DNA from: Bacteroidales bacterium
GTDB taxonomy: Bacteria > Bacteroidota > Bacteroidia > Bacteroidales > UBA12077
Reading direction: 5' to 3'
Assembly (NCBI GenBank): GCA_021108325.1
Contig: JAIORB010000038.1
Coordinates: 17,217 to 81,216, forward strand
DNA length: 64,000 nt
The stretch's first letter is position 1. Each line of letters begins with the position of its first letter. The notes below the pieces were generated by a model. It saw only the letters and a program-made list of their open reading frames with translations, made no database searches and was not told the origin of the DNA. Of this stretch, positions 29,344 through 36,194 are shown one piece after another. A program made the position numbers and the translations under genes.

Positions 29344-30628
29344 AACCTCCTCTTAAATAACCTGATGTTTCTGCAGAAGCTGCACCTGCTGATAGGATAG
29401 AGTCCGGAATATCCATTGGACCGGATGCTGTGCCAGCTACGTATACACCACTCATATTAGTTTGAGCAGGATTTGCCAGTATGTCTTTTTGTTCAACAAA
29501 ATTATATTGATCAAGCTCAAGTTTATTATTAAACATTGATGAAACACCATCGTTAGCTAGTATCCCTACTGATAAAACAGCCATGTCATGATTTGCTTCT
29601 TTAACAACACCACTTTCAATATCTTCATAACGAAGTTTTAAATCTCCATTTTCAGTTTCTTCAATTTTCCCTATTTTCCCTTTTATGAAAGTAACACCCA
29701 TATCTTTAGACTGTTGATAGAATTCGTTGAAACCTTTACCAAAAGAACGTATATGAAGATAATATATGGTAACGTCAGCCATAGGTAAAGCTCCCATTAA
29801 AAGTTGAGCTTGTTTTATTGAGTACATGCAACATACTTGAGAACAGATAGGATTTCCTACTGTTTCGTCACGCGATCCTGCACATAATACATAAGCAATA
29901 TTATCAGGAACTTTTCCATCTTTTGGTCTTAGTACATTATTGTAAGGCCTTGTAGGTACAAGTTGTCGTTCCATTTGCATTGATGTTACCACATTCTTAA
30001 ATACTCCGAATCCGTATCGTGGTATTAAGGTTGGGTCAAAAAGCTTAAAACCTGTAGCGATTACTACTGATTTAACTTTAATCTGTATTTCTTCTTCCTC
30101 TTGTGTAAAATCTATACAATCTGCAGGGCATACTTTTTCGCATGCTCCGCATAAGCTGCAGTTTTCAATATCAATTGCAGCAACACGAGGGTTTGCAATG
30201 CTGAAAGGAACATAAACAGCTTTTCTGCCAACTAAATCATACTGATATTGATCCTGTACGGTAACAGGACATGCTTCTTCGCACAATTGACACCCTGTAC
30301 ATGCATCTTCAATTACATATCTTGGATGTTTTGTTAAAAGAGCTCTAAAATCATATTCCGATTTTTTATCAATATTACTTACTTCACTGTATGTATAAAT
30401 AGTTATATTGGGATGCCTTGCTGTTTCGGATACTTTCGGTGTGGTTATACAAGCTGAGCAGTCCAGTGTAGGAAAAACTTTACTAAGATGTATCATTTTT
30501 CCGCCAACGGATAAATCTTTCTCAACGATAAGAACTTTATATCCCTGGTCGGCTAAATTTAATGCTGCTTCCTCACCAGAAATTCCTCCTCCGATAACTA
30601 GTACATCATATTCTTCTGTTTTTGACAT
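29330..30628 (-). CDS. QmoA/HdrA-type FAD/Fe-S flavoprotein
   Basis: VIGGGISGEEAALNLA, LDCSACITTPK, CTGCQLCEEACP, CSLCGACEKVCP and CSQVCCMYS. Overlaps the next gene by 14 nt. Confidence 0.8.
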   Translation of the reverse strand: MSKTEEYDVLVIGGGISGEEAALNLADQGYKVLIVEKDLSVGGKMIHLSKVFPTLDCSACITTPKVSETARHPNITIYTYSEVSNIDKKSEYDFRALLTKHPRYVIEDACTGCQLCEEACPVTVQDQYQYDLVGRKAVYVPFSIANPRVAAIDIENCSLCGACEKVCPADCIDFTQEEEEIQIKVKSVVIATGFKLFDPTLIPRYGFGVFKNVVTSMQMERQLVPTRPYNNVLRPKDGKVPDNIAYVLCAGSRDETVGNPICSQVCCMYSIKQAQLLMGALPMADVTIYYLHIRSFGKGFNEFYQQSKDMGVTFIKGKIGKIEETENGDLKLRYEDIESGVVKEANHDMAVLSVGILANDGVSSMFNNKLELDQYNFVEQKDILANPAQTNMSGVYVAGTASGPMDIPDSILSAGAASAETSGYLRGGYDEK

Positions 30629-30644
30629 ATTGAGTTATTTTTAA

Positions 30645-31046
30645 TTAATTCCCTTTAGATTCTGATAAAAATTTGTGGAATGATTTCATGTGTTTAACAA
30701 AAGCTTCTGCACAAACTGAGCATATTGCAGCCATTTTTAATTTTGCAGGATCAATGTTTTTTTCTTTCATTAATTCATGAGTGTTTGCAACAATTTTTGA
30801 TGTTTTATCAGAACAAGTATCACTGAATGAACAATCTGTTCCATCGGCAGCGATAAATACTCCATCGAAACCTTTATCAAAAGCATGTAAAATCCATTTT
30901 GATTTTATTGCGCTTGAGCAAGGAACATTAACGGTATATACTGTTGCGGGATAATGTTTTTTCAGAAGCCCCGCCATATCAATAGCGGGGTCAGAAATTT
31001 TCTCAGTAGAAAAAACCAGAATTTTTGGATTATCTGTGTTTTCCAT
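30645..31046 (-). CDS. MvhD/FlpD-like (methyl-viologen-reducing hydrogenase delta-type) protein, divergent Cys pattern
   Basis: 133 aa with KILVFS...VNVPCSS...AFDKGFDGVFIAADGTDCSFSDTC...KLKMAAICSVCAEAF. The fold-level pattern is FlpD-like, but the N-terminal CxxC position reads STEK. Confidence 0.6.
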   Translation of the reverse strand: MENTDNPKILVFSTEKISDPAIDMAGLLKKHYPATVYTVNVPCSSAIKSKWILHAFDKGFDGVFIAADGTDCSFSDTCSDKTSKIVANTHELMKEKNIDPAKLKMAAICSVCAEAFVKHMKSFHKFLSESKGN

Positions 31047-31051
31047 TTTTC

Positions 31052-31303
31052 TTAGCCTTTCTTCATGTAGATTTTGAAATATCCTGAATCTTCTGCTGTT
31101 CCTAAATATTCGTGTCCTTTTTTAGCAGCCCATTTTGGAATATCTTTTCTTGTACCTTCATCAGCTGAAAGAACTTCCATAATCTGGCCTGAACTAATTT
31201 CAGCTATTGCTTTTTTTGCAGCTAATAGCGGGCCAGGACATGCTGTACCTCTTGCATCAACTGATTTGTCAACGTTTAATGCTTTTAATTCTTCTTCGTT
31301 CAT
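31052..31303 (-). CDS. tusA: TusA-family sulfur carrier
   Basis: 83 aa with VDARGTACPGPLLAAKKAI (CPxP motif). Confidence 0.8.
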   Translation of the reverse strand: MNEEELKALNVDKSVDARGTACPGPLLAAKKAIAEISSGQIMEVLSADEGTRKDIPKWAAKKGHEYLGTAEDSGYFKIYMKKG

Positions 31304-31362
31304 AGTTGTATTTTTTAATTTGTGAAATTATTAATGATAATTATGAAACAATATGATATTTA

Positions 31363-31791
31363 TTAAATAAATAAATGAATATCAGCTTCTTCTGCAGCAG
31401 TAATGTATTCTCCTATACCAACAATATCATCTGCTAAGTCGATAAAATCTTCTAGTTTTTCTCCGCCCCAAATTTTACCGGCTAACCCGCAGATATGAAT
31501 TTTTACATTTGTTAATTCTTTAGCTTCTTTAAAGAATTCATGCCATTCTTTCACATTTAATTTATCTAATGAATTTATAAACTCATCACGCAAATGAGAA
31601 TTTTCGGCAAGTTTTATCTCATCTTTATTTGTTGCAATTTCTTTTTTAAACGCCCTTGCAGCTTGTAAAAGTACATATATATCTACGTCCATATCGTCAG
31701 CAGCAGCCCCGCTAAGTATCACTCCTGCAGCTGTTAGTTTATCTAAACACCCTGAAAAAAGAGCTAAACACATTTTTTTATTATCTTCCAT
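31363..31791 (-). CDS. DsrE3-like (COG2210 / DsrE-DsrF-DsrH-like) sulfur-relay protein, paralogue 1
   Basis: 142 aa with LDKLTAAGVILSGAAADDMDVDIYV, conserved Cys in KIHICGLAGKIWG, and the C-terminal EADIHLFI typical of this family. Confidence 0.6.
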   Translation of the reverse strand: MEDNKKMCLALFSGCLDKLTAAGVILSGAAADDMDVDIYVLLQAARAFKKEIATNKDEIKLAENSHLRDEFINSLDKLNVKEWHEFFKEAKELTNVKIHICGLAGKIWGGEKLEDFIDLADDIVGIGEYITAAEEADIHLFI

Positions 31792-31832
31792 AGTTTTAAG
31801 TTTTTATTGTTAATTATTTAATAAGTATTATT

Positions 31833-32246
31833 TTAAATAAATAAATTAACATCTGCTTCCTGAACAGACTCAATGTATTCGCCAATGCCACAAATGTCAT
31901 CAACGAGATCGATAAAATCTTCCATTTTTTCACCACCGGCAATTTTACCTGCTAAACTACAGATATTAATTTTTACTTCGGTCAATTCTTTTGCCATTTC
32001 AAAAAATTCTATCCATGATGGTGTATTTAATTTTTCAAGAGAAGCTTTAAACTCCTCAGGTGTTTGAATATCTTCACTCATATTAGATATATCAGCAGCC
32101 TTGTTTTTTAAAAATGCATGACCAGCATTTACTAAAACAAATACATCTACTTCCATATCGTCGGCGGCAGCACCACTAAGTATTACACCTGCACTAATAA
32201 GTTTATCAATGCTTGATGTGCCTAAGCCCATTGTCATTTTTGCCAT
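31833..32246 (-). CDS. DsrE3-like (COG2210) sulfur-relay protein, paralogue 2
   Basis: 137 aa, collinear with paralogue 1 (IDKLISAGVILSGAAADDMEVDVFV, KINICSLAGKIAG, EADVNLFI). Confidence 0.6.
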   Translation of the reverse strand: MAKMTMGLGTSSIDKLISAGVILSGAAADDMEVDVFVLVNAGHAFLKNKAADISNMSEDIQTPEEFKASLEKLNTPSWIEFFEMAKELTEVKINICSLAGKIAGGEKMEDFIDLVDDICGIGEYIESVQEADVNLFI

Positions 32247-32271
32247 ATCTTATTTTTTTATAGATTAAACA

Positions 32272-32772
32272 TTAACCTCCACAACCTCCACCTGATGATT
32301 CTTTTTTTACAGGTGTAGGTGCTGCTTCTCCCATTCCTTGTTCAACGAACTCGGGATAAGTAGCTTCCCAATCGAACCAACTGAAATCAAGCATGTAGCA
32401 ATCGGAATATTTTAATAACTTTAATGACTGAACAGCTAATGCTCCGCTACCCACTTCATTACCAATTACTAAAGTTTTAATCCTCCTGTTTGAAAGTTTG
32501 CTCGAAAATTCAAGAAGCCCTCTTGGAATATGAATAGATCCTGAAATATGCCCTAGCATGAAATCATAATCTTCACGACAATCAATTATTTGTATTTCTG
32601 TATGATTATCAATTAAAGCTTTTAATTCTTCCATGCTCATGGTATTAACTTCTGCTTTAGCAGCAGTAACCATATCTTCGGCATTTTCATATACAGTATT
32701 ATCTTTTTTTACACAACTGAAAAGCAGCGTAAGAGATAATATAGCCGGAACAATAAATTTTATGAATCTCAT
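32272..32772 (-). CDS. rhodanese-fold lipoprotein lacking the catalytic Cys, with C-terminal GGCGG tail
   Basis: Track ORF trimmed to ATG 32772 (MRFIKF...LTLLFSC lipobox), which removes the overlap with the upstream gene. The active-site loop position reads LVIGNEVGSG. The C-terminus is ...PTPVKKESSGGGCGG*. Confidence 0.7.
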   Translation of the reverse strand: MRFIKFIVPAILSLTLLFSCVKKDNTVYENAEDMVTAAKAEVNTMSMEELKALIDNHTEIQIIDCREDYDFMLGHISGSIHIPRGLLEFSSKLSNRRIKTLVIGNEVGSGALAVQSLKLLKYSDCYMLDFSWFDWEATYPEFVEQGMGEAAPTPVKKESSGGGCGG

Positions 32773-32785
32773 AATTGAATTAGTT

Positions 32786-33589
32786 TTATTTCCATTCGTT
32801 ATAAGCACCATCATAAACTTTAACATTTGGATATTCTAAAATTGATGTTAATGCAAGAAATACAACACCAGCTCTAACACTTGTAGCACAATAAAGAATT
32901 ATTTCCTTGTTTTTAGTCATTCCTGCACTATTAAAAAGTTTTTCCAATTCAGCTTTTGATTTTAACTTTCCACCATCGGCAAGAACATTTTTAAACTCAA
33001 GATGCTTTGCTCCGTTAATATGTCCTTCGCCCCATTCTGTGTCGTCTCTAACATCAACAATAACTGCAGAGTTTAATTTTGATTTCACATAAGCTTTATT
33101 GCAAAAAATCTTAGAATTTACTTTAGGTGTAAAAGTAACAGCAGTAACTTTTGTAGCTGCATTTGTAACCGGACCTCTGGCGGTTCTCCATGCCTGCATA
33201 TGCCCATCAAGAACTTTAACATCGTTAAATCCTAAATATTTAAGAATCCAGTATAATCTTCCTGAACCTTTATTTGAACCTGTATCGTAAATAACAATTT
33301 TCTTAGCAGGGTCAATTCCCTTTTTTCCTAAAATTGTTGCCAGCTCAGCAGGAGATTTTAGAATTCCTTTTGGTTCTGTAGTACTTGCTAAAGCATCTAT
33401 GCTAACGTTCACAGCATTTCTGATGTGTACTTTTGCATAATCTTCAGCACTTCTTGTAGAAACAATAACTGTGCTTTTATTATTAACTAATTTTTTTGCT
33501 TCTGCTGCAGAGATTAAATCCTGAGCAATTGAAATATTTACAAAAATGGTTAATAATAAAAAACTAAATAATATGTTTTTAAATTTCAT
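32786..33589 (-). CDS. periplasmic two-domain rhodanese (thiosulfate sulfurtransferase-like)
   Basis: Signal peptide (VNISIA-QD). The N-domain is inactive (VIYDTGSNKGSGR) and the C-domain is active (ILYCATSVRAG). Confidence 0.8.
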   Translation of the reverse strand: MKFKNILFSFLLLTIFVNISIAQDLISAAEAKKLVNNKSTVIVSTRSAEDYAKVHIRNAVNVSIDALASTTEPKGILKSPAELATILGKKGIDPAKKIVIYDTGSNKGSGRLYWILKYLGFNDVKVLDGHMQAWRTARGPVTNAATKVTAVTFTPKVNSKIFCNKAYVKSKLNSAVIVDVRDDTEWGEGHINGAKHLEFKNVLADGGKLKSKAELEKLFNSAGMTKNKEIILYCATSVRAGVVFLALTSILEYPNVKVYDGAYNEWK

Positions 33590-33603
33590 AACTTTTCTTT
33601 TTA

Positions 33604-34641
33604 TTAAAATTTAACTTGAACTTGTAATACTACCTGATCATTAGGAATTTCAGCTCCATGTTCAGCCCTATATCTGTAATTTAACTGAATTCTTGTCCAA
33701 TCGTTTAAGAAATAGTTAATTCCATAAGTCGTAATGAATTCAGTATTATCATCAATAGATACGTTAGCATCATAACTTTCTAACTTAAATACAGGTTGTA
33801 AATTCCATTGAGTCATATACATTGCCTGAGCAAAGAAACCACTACGTGTTACACCACCAGTGTGGAATTCGATTGGTGTTCCGTCGCAACCACCACCAGT
33901 TGTATAGTCTCCGCTATCATCGGCCCATAAGTATTCACTCTGGAATAAGAAATTACTATATTTTATTTGAAGTTCACCTCCCAAACGAGTTTTTTTATTG
34001 TCCTCATTTGCTCCTGTTTTACCATAAGCAAAACTTCCACCAAATTGTACGAATTCTACAGGTGAAATAGTTACACGTCCTTTAATACTTTTTGCAATAT
34101 TTTCATCCTCGAAACCTCTTTCGTAATCGTTCATTATTGCAAGATAATAATGAAGCTTAGAATCGGCTGTTCCACCAAATAACATAGCTCCCATATCGCG
34201 TTGTGGGCCTGCAAGTTCATTAACAACCTTTGAACGATAAATTGTATGTAATGACTGGCATGCAGTGTTTTGTTCTAAACTTATCGGAGATTTAAATTGT
34301 CCGAAAGTTACTTTAGCCCAATCATATCTGGTATATGATACAAATGCATCTAGTATCCATGGTGAACCGGATTTGAATTTAGAGAAATCGATCATTACAA
34401 AATAACTTACATCATAAGGTATGCTTCCTAATGCAGCTATTCTGGCACGATTAAGTGTAAAGCTGTTAGCATCATGACCATCAGTTGTTTGCCAATATTC
34501 CCATTGTGGCTGAATATATCCTTTTATACTTACTCCCTCATCAGATGATGCCTCCATACAACCTTGTGCAGAAATTACATTTACAGATGTAAATATAATC
34601 AGCATTGAGAGAGTTAATATTGATATTGATTTTTTAATCAT
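33604..34641 (-). CDS. outer-membrane porin (porin O/P-like beta-barrel)
   Basis: Signal peptide, alternating amphipathic strands, and a C-terminal ...VLQVQVKF ending in Phe. Confidence 0.6.
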   Translation of the reverse strand: MIKKSISILTLSMLIIFTSVNVISAQGCMEASSDEGVSIKGYIQPQWEYWQTTDGHDANSFTLNRARIAALGSIPYDVSYFVMIDFSKFKSGSPWILDAFVSYTRYDWAKVTFGQFKSPISLEQNTACQSLHTIYRSKVVNELAGPQRDMGAMLFGGTADSKLHYYLAIMNDYERGFEDENIAKSIKGRVTISPVEFVQFGGSFAYGKTGANEDNKKTRLGGELQIKYSNFLFQSEYLWADDSGDYTTGGGCDGTPIEFHTGGVTRSGFFAQAMYMTQWNLQPVFKLESYDANVSIDDNTEFITTYGINYFLNDWTRIQLNYRYRAEHGAEIPNDQVVLQVQVKF

Positions 34642-34670
34642 TGTAATTGGTTTTAAATATTATTTATATT

Positions 34671-35648
34671 TTATTCTGTTGGTAAATCAGTAATTACTGT
34701 AGCATCCCACTTACTGGAAGTAAGATCATTATAGATCATTCCATTTGCACCGAATTTTAAGCTATGAGAATTATAACCTAAAACGTATAAATAAGCAGTA
34801 ATAACTGAAGAAGTCTGACCAGTCCAGCAATAAGTTACAACATCTTTAGATGGATCTAAATATATATATTCTTCGCCCGCTAGCGTAAGAGGATTAATTC
34901 TGTGTGCACCAGAAATATTACCATAAGTAGTAACATCAGTAGCAGCCCAGTAATTGTTAATGAAATATGATCCGGGAGCATCTAATACACCAGGACTGTC
35001 ACCTGTTATAGCTGTAACACCTCTTAAACTACCGCTTAATAATGAAGTAACTCTTGCTTCTAAAATAGCAGCACCATCTCCGGTTTCTGTAATATCAGGA
35101 TCTTTGTATTCTGAGGTATGCTCAATAATTGATCCTGGTGATGCAATCCAGTTAGGACTTGAAATAGTATTTGTATTTGGACTCCATGAATCTGTTGAAG
35201 TATGCCATCCGCTCATTCCCCATTTTAATACTTTTGCAGTAGGATAACCACTAAGCCTTAAGGCACAAACAGCATGCCCTGCAGTTTGCCCGGTGTAACA
35301 AACAACAATAATAGTTTTTCCGGCTGCGCTGGCAGCTTGTGTTACAACATTACCATACGAGCAGTTTACAGCACTAGGTATATGACTGGTTGCATAAGCA
35401 TCAGCTTTACGGATGTCTATAACATAATAATTTACTAAATCTGCATTTACAGTTGCAGCGGTAGTTATCCAACCATCTAATATATTATTTAAATCGAGGT
35501 CGTTGTTTTGTAAATAAGTAATTAAAGTTTGAAATTCAGCATCTGTTTCACGTTCCGGTATTAGATCATCAGTATCATCTTTACAAGATGTTAAAACAAA
35601 TGCAGGAATCATTAATAATAAAATAGAGAATCTTAAAAACTGTTTCAT
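34671..35648 (-). CDS. two-domain rhodanese lipoprotein
   Basis: Track ORF trimmed to ATG 35648 (MKQFLRF...FVLTSC lipobox). Two rhodanese-type loops: VVCYTGQTAGH and VTYCWTGQTSS. Confidence 0.7.
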   Translation of the reverse strand: MKQFLRFSILLLMIPAFVLTSCKDDTDDLIPERETDAEFQTLITYLQNNDLDLNNILDGWITTAATVNADLVNYYVIDIRKADAYATSHIPSAVNCSYGNVVTQAASAAGKTIIVVCYTGQTAGHAVCALRLSGYPTAKVLKWGMSGWHTSTDSWSPNTNTISSPNWIASPGSIIEHTSEYKDPDITETGDGAAILEARVTSLLSGSLRGVTAITGDSPGVLDAPGSYFINNYWAATDVTTYGNISGAHRINPLTLAGEEYIYLDPSKDVVTYCWTGQTSSVITAYLYVLGYNSHSLKFGANGMIYNDLTSSKWDATVITDLPTE

Positions 35649-35680
35649 AGTTATATTTATTTTGGTTAGTAAAAGTTTCA

Positions 35681-36166
35681 TTATCCACCACAACCACCTG
35701 ATTCAGGTTGTTTAGTAACTGTAGGATTTTCTCCGGCAAAGCCAAACCAGCCTCCTTGAAGGTTGGAAACATTTTCAAATCCCAGTTTTTTAAGTGCTTG
35801 TGTTGCAAGTGTGCCTCTGGCACCAGACTTACAATACACAATTATTTTGTCAGTTTTAAGAGGAGTGTACATGAATTGTTCTTCCCAATAATATTCATCA
35901 AGAATAAAGAATTCCAATTCACCACGTGGGATAGAGAATGATCCTGGGATATTACCCGCTTCGTATTCGGCAGGTTGTCTAATATCTAATAAAAGGAATT
36001 CTTCTCCGTTATCTATCATTGATTTTAATGTATCAACGCTTATTTCATTTATTTCAGATTTAACAACACTTGCTAATTCTTTTCCGTCTTCATAAATTGC
36101 GGTACAAGCAGAAAGCAAGAAGATAAGCAGTGCTAAAATCGATATATTGAATTTTATATTTTTCAT
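35681..36166 (-). CDS. single-domain rhodanese lipoprotein with intact active site and C-terminal SoxY-type GGCGG tail
   Basis: Lipobox LLSAC, active loop IIVYCKSGARG, and C-terminus ...NPTVTKQPESGGCGG* (DNA: caacctgaatcaggtggttgtggtggataa on the minus strand). Confidence 0.8.
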   Translation of the reverse strand: MKNIKFNISILALLIFLLSACTAIYEDGKELASVVKSEINEISVDTLKSMIDNGEEFLLLDIRQPAEYEAGNIPGSFSIPRGELEFFILDEYYWEEQFMYTPLKTDKIIVYCKSGARGTLATQALKKLGFENVSNLQGGWFGFAGENPTVTKQPESGGCGG

Positions 36167-36194
36167 ATCTTAAGTTTCAATAAGTAATTACAGC

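Noticed and set aside
26070-30628. Calling the module canonical QmoABC of dissimilatory sulfate reduction, or the sHdr (HdrC1B1AC2B2) sulfur-oxidation system.
   Set aside because: No aprAB or sat is adjacent. No HdrB-type CCG-domain protein and no lipoate-binding protein are present. The MvhD-like domain is split off and Cys-altered. Only Qmo-like is defensible from sequence.
32773-32826. N-terminal extensions of track ORFs: 32272-32826, 34671-35693 and 55657-57651.
   Set aside because: Internal ATGs at 32772, 35648 and 57594 give canonical lipoprotein signals or the conserved RITDTTLRDGHQS N-terminus. They also remove overlaps with the upstream genes, so the longer forms are unlikely.
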